64,000 bases of DNA, from positions 1,755 through 65,754 of the forward strand of contig CAZCYH010000017.1 of the NCBI GenBank assembly GCA_964502925.1. The letters are read 5' to 3'. The translations under genes were made by a program, and so were the position numbers. This DNA comes from an uncultured Leptospira sp. (GTDB lineage: Bacteria > Spirochaetota > UBA4802 > JAGODF01). The first letter of the stretch is position 1. Every line of letters begins with the position of its first letter. A model generated the notes under the pieces. It worked only from the letters and a program-made list of their open reading frames with translations, did not search any database and was not told where the DNA came from. Below, one piece after another: positions 29,568 through 38,900 of this stretch.

Positions 29568-31082
29568 TCAGAACTCCAGCAGATTTTTCGTTGAAAAGCT
29601 CGGGTCAGAGGTGCAATTGATGCCGAGCTTCCGCAAGCCTGCATCGTCTCCCGGCGTCGGTATGTGAGTCATGTGCATCTCGCAGTTTCTCAAATCCCGC
29701 AGTTTGTCCATCGCGTCCATCGCCGCAGGATTTGTTCCCGCGCTTATAGCAAGTGCAATGAGCGTTTCTTCAAGATCAAGGCTTATCGTTTTGCTACCGA
29801 GAACAGTTCCTTTCAGATTTCTGATCGATTCTATGATTTGCGGGGAAAGCAAATGTATTCTGTCGGGGATGCCAGCAAGCGTTTTAATCGCATTCAGCAC
29901 CAGCGCCGGGGCGGCGTGCAAAAGAGGAGAGTTTTTGCCGGTGATAATTGTCCCGTCGGAAAGTTCTATCGCCGCGCCGCAGTAAATGCCGTCGTTGCCC
30001 TTCCTCTGTTCAGAAGCTTCCAAAGCAGCCTTGCGCGCCGGCACAACGACACTTCGATATTCTGGAGTTAAATTGAGCTCGTTCATTATCATTTCCACGC
30101 GCTGTACGGTTTGTTTATCCGCGAAACCCAACGCGTACTCACACGAATAGCGGAAATAGCGGCGAACAATCTCCTGCCTGGCTGCTTCGCATACCGCTTC
30201 ATCATCGATGATGCCAAAACCCGCCCTGTTGACGCCCATGTCGGTAGGAGAACGATACAGTTCTCCATCGCCGCCAATTTTTTTCAAAATGAGCCGCAGA
30301 ATGGGAAAAGTCTCCACATCCCGATTGTAGTTTATGGCTACTTTCCCGTATGCCTCAAGATGAAAGGGATCGATGAGATTGTAATCACCAATATCGGCAG
30401 TTGCCGCCTCATAGGCAATATTGACCGGATGCTTAAGGGGAATACTCCAGATGGGGAATGTTTCGAATTTTGCATAACCGCTCTTAATACCGCGGCGATG
30501 TTCATGATATATCTGCGACAGGCAGGTCGCCATCTTTCCGCTGCCAGGCCCCGGGCCTGTCACCACCACAAGGGGACTTTTAGTTTCAATATACTCATTG
30601 GCGCCATATCCTTCTTCGCTCACCACCAGATCAACATTGCCCGGATAGCCTTTTGTGTATCGATGCGTATATACGCGGATGCCCTGGCGCTCGAGCTTGT
30701 TTTTAAAAATTGAGGCTGCCGGCTGATTTTCATACCGCGTGATGACTACCGCTAAAATATTGATTCCCCAGTCATTGAGATCATCGATGAGCTTCAACGC
30801 GTCAGCATCGTCGGTGATGCCGAAATCCGCCCTGACTTTTTTCCGCTCAATATCGCCGGCATAGATACAGAGAATGATGTCGGCGTTCGCGCTCAGTTCC
30901 TGCAGCAAATGCATTTTGACATTGGGATCGAAACCAGGAAGGACTCGGGCTGCATGATAATCGTACAGGAGTTTGCCTCCAAATTCAAGGTACAGCTTAT
31001 TGTTAAACTTCGCAACGCGTTCAAGAATCGCCTCCTTTTGCTCGCCAAGATACTTTTTGTTATCGAACCCGATTTTTCTCAT
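29568..31082 (-). CDS. UPF0371 / DUF1846 family protein.
   Basis: The N-terminus MRKIGFDNKKYL...LYLEFGGKLLYDYHAARVLPGFDPN and VVVTGPGPGSGKMATCLSQ match the family signature. Confidence 0.8.
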   Translation of the reverse strand: MRKIGFDNKKYLGEQKEAILERVAKFNNKLYLEFGGKLLYDYHAARVLPGFDPNVKMHLLQELSANADIILCIYAGDIERKKVRADFGITDDADALKLIDDLNDWGINILAVVITRYENQPAASIFKNKLERQGIRVYTHRYTKGYPGNVDLVVSEEGYGANEYIETKSPLVVVTGPGPGSGKMATCLSQIYHEHRRGIKSGYAKFETFPIWSIPLKHPVNIAYEAATADIGDYNLIDPFHLEAYGKVAINYNRDVETFPILRLILKKIGGDGELYRSPTDMGVNRAGFGIIDDEAVCEAARQEIVRRYFRYSCEYALGFADKQTVQRVEMIMNELNLTPEYRSVVVPARKAALEASEQRKGNDGIYCGAAIELSDGTIITGKNSPLLHAAPALVLNAIKTLAGIPDRIHLLSPQIIESIRNLKGTVLGSKTISLDLEETLIALAISAGTNPAAMDAMDKLRDLRNCEMHMTHIPTPGDDAGLRKLGINCTSDPSFSTKNLLEF

Positions 31083-31282
31083 AATGCCTCTTTTATTGAT
31101 GTATGATAATATAGAATCATCGTTTCAATTATAAAACTCGAATTCTTTTCGCTGAAATAAAAAAATCATTTACAAATGAATTTCGTTTCGCCATGATGCG
31201 CACGTTTTTATGCGAAACAACCTGCCGGATACATCCGGTAAAGTCACTGTATATGTCAAATAAAATAAAGAGAGGTACCACC

Positions 31283-32203
31283 ATGAGCTTTTCTGAAACG
31301 TCCCGTGAAGTCTTTCAGGTTGATGAAAAAACCAAACTTCTCACCTATGTGTGGATGCCCAAAACAAAACCGCGCGCGGTTTTCATCGGCATTCACGGAG
31401 GAATGGCGCATGCCGGCGACTGGGTGACACCCGCGCTTTTTTTCATGAAAAAGGGCATTGCCACCTACGCGCCAGATCTTCGCTGGCACGGCACCTATCC
31501 CCAATACAACCCCGGCGGCAAAGTCTATTTTCACATCGATTCCTATGACCAGTACGCAAGCGATGTCGATAAATTCGTGAAATGGGTTGCCGCAAAACAT
31601 CCCGGCATTCCCCTATTCATCATTTCACATTCAAACGGCGGGCTCATTTCTCTCTACTATGGTCTCAGCATTGGCCGCGATGCCGACATCAAGGGTTTCA
31701 TTGTTTCATCGCCCTGGCTGAAGAACATGGTAGAAGTATCGCCCGTCATGCTGAAGCTTGCGAAAATTTTAAATAAGATTGCTCCCACCCTGCCGGTAAA
31801 ACCCGAACCGCTCACGGACAATCTCACCCACGACAAAGATATCACCGCGCGGCATCATGCCGATGAAGCTGCGGGACTTCGTGGAACCACGGCATCGGTC
31901 CGCCTCGGCGTTGAGTCGATGAAAACTCAGGAGTGGGTGCTCAACAACATCGCCTTCTGGAAAAAGTTTCCTATTTTTGCCGTCGTTGCTGGACAGGACA
32001 AGCTGGCAGACCCCGATGTAAGCGAAGCAGCGCTTAAAAAAATTCCAGCTAATCTTTTAACGTACCATCGTTACCCGGAAAACTATCATGAAAACTTCAA
32101 TGAGGTGAATCGGGAAAAAATATTCATTCAGATATCGCAATGGGTTGACAAACTCCTTACGCAAAAGAAAGAAAACGCGCAGAAACCAAAAAGACGGAAA
32201 TAA
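31283..32203 (+). CDS. Alpha/beta hydrolase (lysophospholipase / monoacylglycerol-lipase-like, Hydrolase_4).
   Basis: HGGMAHAGDW and the nucleophile elbow ISHSNGG. An AGAGAGG ribosome-binding site precedes ATG 31283; the ORF track had placed the start further upstream. Confidence 0.75.
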   Translation: MSFSETSREVFQVDEKTKLLTYVWMPKTKPRAVFIGIHGGMAHAGDWVTPALFFMKKGIATYAPDLRWHGTYPQYNPGGKVYFHIDSYDQYASDVDKFVKWVAAKHPGIPLFIISHSNGGLISLYYGLSIGRDADIKGFIVSSPWLKNMVEVSPVMLKLAKILNKIAPTLPVKPEPLTDNLTHDKDITARHHADEAAGLRGTTASVRLGVESMKTQEWVLNNIAFWKKFPIFAVVAGQDKLADPDVSEAALKKIPANLLTYHRYPENYHENFNEVNREKIFIQISQWVDKLLTQKKENAQKPKRRK

Positions 32204-32231
32204 GCTTCCGATACTACCTCATATTTCATAA

Positions 32232-32259
32232 AAAGAGCCCTCAAAAGGCTCTTTTTTTA
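32232..32259 (+). terminator. Rho-independent terminator whose stem is built from the REP-like motif.
   Basis: aaaagagccc-tcaaaa-ggctctttttt. Confidence 0.55.
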
Positions 32260-32293
32260 TGTCTGCAATTCACAGTATCGCATTGAAAGAATA

Positions 32294-32357
32294 GGGCTCT
32301 GCCCCCCATGGGCTACATGGGTTATAATTCATTGTTTTTGTGAGGCTCTGACCCCCC
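32294..32357 (+). repeat. Two direct copies of the REP-like motif GGGCTCTG(C/A)CCCCCC upstream of the RAYT gene.
   Basis: gggctctgcccccc at 32294-32307 and gaggctctgacccccc at 32342-32357. Confidence 0.55.
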
Positions 32358-32456
32358 AGAAAAAAAAATTTTAAAAAACTGAAAATTTTTTTATGTTTAA
32401 GCCATCTTTTTCGTATTAATAGGTGAAGGGCAATATTATAATTTCAGAGGAGGTGT

Positions 32457-33056
32457 GTGATGCCGCGTCCTTATCGCATTCAAGAACCGGAATTAACCTA
32501 TCATATTGTTTCCCAATGCATCGAATGGCGCGATATGATTGCTGATGAGGAAATAAAAGAACTCTTTCTGGAAGTACTCCGGCGAAGCAGGCAAAAATAC
32601 GAATATCGCCTCATTGCATATTGCATCATGCCTAATCACATTCATCTCGTTATTCACACCATGCGCGAAGGCGCACAAATATCAAAAATTGTACAGTATA
32701 TTAAAGCGCGATTTGCGGAAATGTATAATAAACTCCTGAAGAGAACTGGACCTTTCTGGAATGGCCGATATAAAGATAGCATAATTCAATTCGCAAGGGA
32801 TGCATGTCATTATTTGCTGTGGCTTATCTGGTACCTGGCTTTTAATCCTGTGCGGAAAAGATTATGCGCAAATCCATTGAAGTATCGTTATAGCAGTATC
32901 CGGGCATATCTTGAGGAAGGTGCTGATGTGGGAGTACCAATTGAACATCATGACTTTTTTTTGAAACTTGGAAATACCTTCAAAGAGCGAGTGAAAAATT
33001 TTCTTCGGTACGAAGAAATGTATCGGAAGCGGCATGCGATTTTTGACTGGGTATAG
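32457..33056 (+). CDS. REP-associated tyrosine transposase (RAYT, IS200-like Y1/HuH transposase).
   Basis: HuH motif MPNHIHLVI. The catalytic Tyr region FWNGRYKDSII matches the RAYT/IS200 W-x-x-R-Y pattern. It is flanked by inverted REP-like palindromes and has a GAGGAGG ribosome-binding site. Confidence 0.75.
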   Translation: MMPRPYRIQEPELTYHIVSQCIEWRDMIADEEIKELFLEVLRRSRQKYEYRLIAYCIMPNHIHLVIHTMREGAQISKIVQYIKARFAEMYNKLLKRTGPFWNGRYKDSIIQFARDACHYLLWLIWYLAFNPVRKRLCANPLKYRYSSIRAYLEEGADVGVPIEHHDFFLKLGNTFKERVKNFLRYEEMYRKRHAIFDWV

Positions 33057-33300
33057 GTCATTGCAGTTTACTCAATGTTAAAGCAAAGCCTCTTTTCGTC
33101 ACACTACACGCCAGTAAATAAATCAATTTTTTATCCGCACAAAAGTCAGTTTTTTTAACCAACCAATACAATAAGAAGCAACCGGTTTTACCCTAATAAC
33201 ATCAACAACCACTTGAATAAATCTCGTACGATTTCAAACATTAATTGAAACCAAATTTTCTTAAGCTTTCTCGTGTGAGTTCGATGGTTTTTCAGGGTCA

Positions 33301-33358
33301 AAGCCTGTTGGAGGCTTGGAGAAGGGTCAGAGCCCATTGGGGTAGAGAGCCCTTTTGT
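33301..33358 (-). repeat. REP-like motifs in inverted orientation downstream of RAYT (GGGTCAGAGCCC and GGGGTAGAGAGCCC).
   Basis: 33330-33341 is the reverse complement of GGGCTCTGACCC. Related copies lie at 33301-33311 and 33345-33358. Confidence 0.5.
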
Positions 33359-33436
33359 GGATACTTTTCTGACTACAGGATTTCCTCTTGACAGATATCC
33401 ATGATGACGCGGTTGATAGATGATGGATGAATCAAT

Positions 33437-34921
33437 ATGAGTGTACCGATTACCTACATTGACTTCTTGATGATTCTCGCCCTAACTTTGCTCGTATCCA
33501 TCGCAATCTCGGTGTATATCCATAACAGATTCAGCAACGTAAACCGGCTTTTTTCGCTTTTTATTCTCAATGTAACCGCCTGGCTCTTCCTGTCAATGAT
33601 CCATTTCTTGTTCAGACAGCACCTCGCCGTACTTCTGTCGTTTCAGACGGCCGTAGGCTCGTTTATGGGAATTACATTTTTCTATTTTGCCCTGGTTATC
33701 GTCGATGAACAGCATGTGAGACGACGCTGGGAAAATGCCCTCGCTATCGTACCCGCGGCAATTGCAGGATGGTATATCATTACCATCATCCACCCTGACC
33801 TCCTGGCGGATTTCAACGACCGTGTGCGCTATGAAGGGATTAAGCTTCATCGACCGGGAGACATGGCCTATTGGGCATACACGACGTGGCTTTTTTCAGC
33901 CTTCATTATGGGGTATGGCGTCCTCATATCCGGATTGCGCAGAAAAGGCGATACACAGGCGCGGAAACGCATTCGCAATGTCCTTTGGGCAAGCATACTT
34001 GGGCAGCTTACCACCTTGGGCATCAGTAACTTATCGTCAATTCTCGGTCTTGGCCAGCCTGGCTGGATCGCCTTGATGCCCATTCTGGCTTCTCTTTGCT
34101 GGATTGGTGTTTCAATCATCAGGGATAAGATATGGACGGTGGAATATCTTCTCGAAGTAATTCGGCAAAGCGAGGAAAAACTCGGCGAGCGCAACCGCAT
34201 TATCGAAGCTGACCTTGAGCTGGCTCGTCTGATTCAGAAAAAACTCCTCCCCGATAAGGTCCCACAGCTACCCGGTCTCGGAGTACACGCGGTGTATCTC
34301 CCGGTAGATAAAGTGGGTGGTGATTACTATGATTTCATCGTGGAACGTAACGTCCTGGGAGTTTTGCTTGCGGACGTAAGCGGCCATGGCATCGCAAGCG
34401 CATTTCTCTCTTCCATAATTAAAATGGGATTTAATTATCATGCAGGAAGCAACGGCCCCACGCTTTTTAAGACCCTGGACCGTCTCGTGGCCGAGAAAGG
34501 CGCTAATTCCATGTTCGCAACAGCAGTGTTCTGCAGAATTGATACCGACACCATGAGGCTTACAAGCTGCCGCGCCGGTCACTGCCCGCCACTTGTTATC
34601 AGGAGCGGTTCAGGAGAAATAGTGTCCATTGAAACGCCCGGCAGGGCATTGGGGATGAATCTGGGAGAGCCCCGTTACCAAATTGGTGAAATTGAGCTCT
34701 CTCGGGGTGACAGGATTTTTCTCTATACCGATGGTGTCACCGAAACAATAAACTCTGACAGGGCGCTTTTCGGCGAAGAACGGCTAAAGAATGCATTGCG
34801 TGAAGGGATGGGGTACGCGCTGGAAGAATTCTGCGAAAAACTTCTCGCTAAGCTAAAGGAATTTTCCGGGGACAATCCCCAAGTCGACGACATCACCATT
34901 ATAGCGGTGGAAGTAAAATAG
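33437..34921 (+). CDS. Membrane-anchored PP2C-type (SpoIIE/RsbU-like) serine phosphatase with a multi-TM sensor domain.
   Basis: About 7 TM helices at the N-terminus. C-terminal PP2C motifs GGDYYDF...LLADVSGHGIASAFL...LYTDGVTE. Confidence 0.8.
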   Translation: MSVPITYIDFLMILALTLLVSIAISVYIHNRFSNVNRLFSLFILNVTAWLFLSMIHFLFRQHLAVLLSFQTAVGSFMGITFFYFALVIVDEQHVRRRWENALAIVPAAIAGWYIITIIHPDLLADFNDRVRYEGIKLHRPGDMAYWAYTTWLFSAFIMGYGVLISGLRRKGDTQARKRIRNVLWASILGQLTTLGISNLSSILGLGQPGWIALMPILASLCWIGVSIIRDKIWTVEYLLEVIRQSEEKLGERNRIIEADLELARLIQKKLLPDKVPQLPGLGVHAVYLPVDKVGGDYYDFIVERNVLGVLLADVSGHGIASAFLSSIIKMGFNYHAGSNGPTLFKTLDRLVAEKGANSMFATAVFCRIDTDTMRLTSCRAGHCPPLVIRSGSGEIVSIETPGRALGMNLGEPRYQIGEIELSRGDRIFLYTDGVTETINSDRALFGEERLKNALREGMGYALEEFCEKLLAKLKEFSGDNPQVDDITIIAVEVK

Positions 34922-34976
34922 GAGAAGACGATTCTGTATTACGTAAACGCTTTTATAACGTTTCCATCAGAGTTTT

Positions 34977-35193
34977 GGAGCTCTGCCCCAAAAAAAATTT
35001 TATGCTTTCGCCATCCCATGCGTATTAATAATTGAAGGGACAAATTTTCTTGAACCTGGGGTATATCATGGCACGGAAAAATTGTATTCAGCAACCAAAC
35101 TTAAACTATCACATCGTTTCGCAGTGTCTCGAATGGTGCGATATGATGGAAGAAGAGCATGAGATCGTCCCTCATTTAGTTGAAATTATTTAG
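34977..35193 (+). pseudogene. Truncated, diverged second copy of the REP plus RAYT 5' region (a RAYT N-terminal remnant, 41 codons).
   Basis: 34977-35070 aligns with 32342-32456: the REP motif ggagctctgcccc, then an A-run, then gcgtattaataattgaaggga. ORF 35068-35193 encodes MARKNCIQQPNLNYHIVSQCLEWCDMMEEEHE, matching RAYT residues 6-35, then stops. Confidence 0.55.
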
Positions 35194-35811
35194 CATCACC
35201 TCCGCGCCATCTCTTCACTCGATGCGCAAACCTCTCAAAATGGCTATTCAGACTTTTGATCGGATTCGTTGAATACACGGTCTTGTAAAGAAGCGGTGAC
35301 ACGTTGACGTCGCCGCCAACTTCATAGCCATCGATAAAAATTATTGGAAAATACCGATCAATGGGACGCTCATTGAACTCCTTCAGCACCTTCGCGCTTG
35401 CCCAAATGTAATGGCGGCGTATGCTCGATTTTTCGATACCATTGCAATCACCTCGCGTTGGTAAAGGTCATGCAAATCTTCTCTTGAGACAATAAGGTCG
35501 TACATCGCAAAAAGCTTCTGTAATTCTTTTTACATGGTGGATAATGGCACCGCTACGGCATTTACGTCCACATCGTCGTTCAATACCGGGAAAGGCACCA
35601 CCATCTACTACAGCGAATACGAAATCAGCGATATTGATTCGCTTTCAGTGTCGGTTACCACTTCCGATACGGCGAATTTTCTTGCGATCCACGTATATAA
35701 AAATGGATCAAAAGTCAAAGAATCGGTAAACGCATCAGTGAGCTCGCTTTCATTGACCTACGAGTATGATGAATAACACTGGAAACGCTATGCCGCGGAG
35801 TGCATTTTTTG

Positions 35812-36294
35812 TTAGAGCAATTTCAATTTCGCTTCGAGCTTCTTTATGGCATCCGCTTTTTCCCCGATTTCCTCGAACACGATGTTTCCTTTTTTATCTA
35901 TCAGAAACACTGCAGGAATTTTAAGATCTTGAATATATTTTTTTGCCGTTTCCTGATACATATCGAGGAGACACGAATGATCAACACCGGTTTCTTTTAA
36001 AAATTCAATCGCTTTCTCCGCTCCTTCTCTGTCAATATTTACCAGCACCAGATGAAACTTTCCATAATATTTTTTTTCCAGTTCCACAAGCGCAGGGACT
36101 TCTCTTTTACAGGGGTGGCAATAACTCGCGAAAAAGCTGATAACCACCGGTTTTTCTTTTATCAGCGTCGATAGTGTTACGAGATCTCCTTTTAAATCAA
36201 ATAGCGTGAAACGGGGGGCATTGCGTGCATGAAGTGGCACAAGTCCTGCCATCACGAGCATAATTATTAGAGTAATAACTTTTCGATTATTCAT
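35812..36294 (-). CDS. TlpA/redoxin-family thiol:disulfide oxidoreductase, secreted.
   Basis: Signal peptide, then a thioredoxin fold with a CHPC active site (FASYCHPCKRE). Confidence 0.8.
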   Translation of the reverse strand: MNNRKVITLIIMLVMAGLVPLHARNAPRFTLFDLKGDLVTLSTLIKEKPVVISFFASYCHPCKREVPALVELEKKYYGKFHLVLVNIDREGAEKAIEFLKETGVDHSCLLDMYQETAKKYIQDLKIPAVFLIDKKGNIVFEEIGEKADAIKKLEAKLKLL

Positions 36295-36509
36295 GGCAAT
36301 ATCACATTTCCCCTGGGTTTTTCTATAATATCAATCAATCACACCAGTGGAGAAATGATATTCCATATTACTATCATTCCGTCAATCCTAAATTCAGATA
36401 GCATGAATCAGGAAAAATTATTGAAAATGCAAAATAATTTTCAAAAATGTGACATAATGCAGCCTTTTTTTGCCGATAATAATAGGGACTACGTTTCATT
36501 TCACCGCAG

Positions 36510-38771
36510 ATGGTGTGTACCATGAAAAAAACGATCATGATTATCGGAGGAGGCCTCCTCCAGGTTCCGCTCATTCAAACGGCACAGAGAATGGGGCTTT
36601 CAACCATTGTCACCGATTACAACCCGAATGCTATCGGCATGAAATATGCCGATATTCCGATTGTGATGAGCACGCGCGACATTGAGGGGTCAGTGCGCGT
36701 CGCGCGCTCGCAGAATGAAATCACTCCCATCAGCGCGGTACTGACGGCTGGGACGGACGCCTCGATGACCGTAGCGGCAGTGGCAAACGCGCTGGGATTG
36801 CCTGGTATCCGCTTTGAGGACGCAGAGGCGGCCACCAATAAAATCAAAATGCGCATGCGCCTCACCGAACATCATGTGCCATGCCCAAAATTTCTGCCCG
36901 TCTGGTCGCTTGCCGATGCCAAGCGCGCCTGTCAGATTTTAAAATTTCCGGTGGTGATGAAGCCCGCCGACAACATGGGTGCCCGCGGCGTGATGCGCAT
37001 CGATTCGAAATCAAAAATTGCCGAGGCCTTTCATTTCGCAAAAAGCGCCTCTCCGAGCGGCGAACTCATCATCGAAGAGTTTATGGAAGGGTCAGAGCTT
37101 TCCATCGATGCGGTCATCTACAACGGCGAAATCACCATCACTGGCGTGGCAGACCGCATCATCGAGTATCCGCCGTATTTCGTAGAAACTGGCCATACCA
37201 TGCCATCGCATCTGCCGAAAGAGCTTCAGGATGCGGCCTGCGAGGTCTTCAAAAAAGGGGTCAGAGCCCTCGGAATCAACCCCGGATGCGCCAAAGGCGA
37301 CATCAAAATCACCGAAAACGGAGCAATGGTGGGCGAAATTGCTGCGCGCCTTTCCGGCGGTTTCATGTCGGCCTATACCTATCCCCTTTCCACTGGCGTC
37401 AATCTCCTGCAGGCCGCAATCGAGGTTGCCCTGGGGCATGAGCCATCTAATTTAGAGCCGCTGTATCATAAGGTGAGCATTGAGCGAGCCATCATCGCTG
37501 AGCCCGGAATTGTGCGGCGCATAACCGGCCTTGAAGAAGCGCTCAAGGTTCCCGGCATCGAAGAAATCTTTATGAACGTCAAACCCGGTGACCGCATCAT
37601 TCGCCCCCGCTCAAATGTTGAAAAGGCCGGCCATATCATTGCCGTTGCTCAAACGCTTGAAGAAGCCGAGCAGGCGGTGAAGCGGTGCAAAGAACTCATC
37701 CGCATTGAAGTTTTCTCCGGCGATGAAATCAGCATGGAGGCAATCAACCTTTCCGCGCGCGAAAAGCTGAAAAAATTCTGCTATGTCTGCAAATCCTGCG
37801 ACGGGAAGGACTGTCCAAGCGGCGTGCCCGGCATGGGGGGCATTGGCAGCGGGTCATCGTTTCGAAGCAACATCGAAGCTTTAAAAAAATATAAAATTTC
37901 CACGCGCATCATCCACAATGTCACTGCTCCTGATACATCAACCACCTTTTTCGGGCAAAAACTCTCCTTCCCGGTCATGGCCGCACCCATCACCGGCACA
38001 GTCACCAACATGGGCGGCGCAATGGATGAGCTTGAGTACAACCGTGCCGTTGTCAAAGGCTGCATAGACGCCGGGACCATCGCCTTTGTAGGCGATGGCG
38101 CAACTCCCGATAAGTACAAACTGGGCCTTCAAGCCCTTGCGGAATACGAAGGAACGGGCGTGCCGATTTTTAAACCCAGAAGCAACAACAGGGAAATCAT
38201 CGAGAGAATCAAAGCCGCCGAAAAAGTGCATTCCATCGCAGTTGGCATCGACATTGACGCGCTGGTATTCAAGACCATGGCGATGAAAAACCAGCCTGTC
38301 GGCCCAAAAAGCATCGAGGCACTGAGAGAGATAATCTCGACAACCGAAATTCCTTTTATTCTTAAAGGAATTATGAATGCGCATGATGCTGTTCTGGCAG
38401 TTGAAGCCGGCGCCCATGCAATCGTCGTTTCCAACCACGGAGGGCGCGTACTCGATGAAATGGCCGGCTCTATGGATGTCCTCGAAGATATTGTGGAGGA
38501 AGTGAGAGGAAGAATACGTATCCTCATCGATGGCGGTTTTCGGACAGGCGTTGATGTACTGAAAGCCCTGGCTCTCGGCGCAGACGCGGTGCTGATTGGA
38601 CGCCCGATTGCCATTGCCGCGGTCGGCATGGGTGCTCGAGGTGTTTCATTCTACCTTGAGCGGCTCCATCACGAATTTGAGCAGGCAATGATACTGACGG
38701 GCTGTCAGACAGTGGCCGACATCTCAAGAGAAATCGTGAGAAAAAACGGAACCGTCGGTGTAAAATCGTAA
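36510..38771 (+). CDS. Fusion protein: an N-terminal ATP-grasp domain joined to a C-terminal FMN-dependent alpha-hydroxy-acid dehydrogenase / oxidase-like TIM barrel.
   Basis: Residues 1-400 look like ATP-grasp (MIIGGGLLQ; carboxylate-amine-ligase-like). Residues 430-753 carry FMN-dehydrogenase motifs (ILKGIMNAHDA, VVSNHGGRVLD, IDGGFRTGVDVLKALALGADAV). Confidence 0.7.
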   Translation: MVCTMKKTIMIIGGGLLQVPLIQTAQRMGLSTIVTDYNPNAIGMKYADIPIVMSTRDIEGSVRVARSQNEITPISAVLTAGTDASMTVAAVANALGLPGIRFEDAEAATNKIKMRMRLTEHHVPCPKFLPVWSLADAKRACQILKFPVVMKPADNMGARGVMRIDSKSKIAEAFHFAKSASPSGELIIEEFMEGSELSIDAVIYNGEITITGVADRIIEYPPYFVETGHTMPSHLPKELQDAACEVFKKGVRALGINPGCAKGDIKITENGAMVGEIAARLSGGFMSAYTYPLSTGVNLLQAAIEVALGHEPSNLEPLYHKVSIERAIIAEPGIVRRITGLEEALKVPGIEEIFMNVKPGDRIIRPRSNVEKAGHIIAVAQTLEEAEQAVKRCKELIRIEVFSGDEISMEAINLSAREKLKKFCYVCKSCDGKDCPSGVPGMGGIGSGSSFRSNIEALKKYKISTRIIHNVTAPDTSTTFFGQKLSFPVMAAPITGTVTNMGGAMDELEYNRAVVKGCIDAGTIAFVGDGATPDKYKLGLQALAEYEGTGVPIFKPRSNNREIIERIKAAEKVHSIAVGIDIDALVFKTMAMKNQPVGPKSIEALREIISTTEIPFILKGIMNAHDAVLAVEAGAHAIVVSNHGGRVLDEMAGSMDVLEDIVEEVRGRIRILIDGGFRTGVDVLKALALGADAVLIGRPIAIAAVGMGARGVSFYLERLHHEFEQAMILTGCQTVADISREIVRKNGTVGVKS

Positions 38772-38793
38772 CTCGAAAAAAAACAATTTACCG

Positions 38794-38822
38794 CAAATTG
38801 TGATTGACAATCGCTTTTTCTT
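38794..38822 (+). promoter_or_regulatory. Sigma-70-type promoter, TTGACA-N17-TATTAT, for the outer-membrane protein gene.
   Basis: Consensus -35 with good spacing. A GC hairpin (38843-38860) and a GGAGG ribosome-binding site follow. Confidence 0.4.
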
Positions 38823-38900
38823 GAAGTATTATTATACCAATGGTAGTTAGATCGGCGCGTGCCTGCGCCGAAATTATTTTTGTGGAGGTAGTTTGTTATC

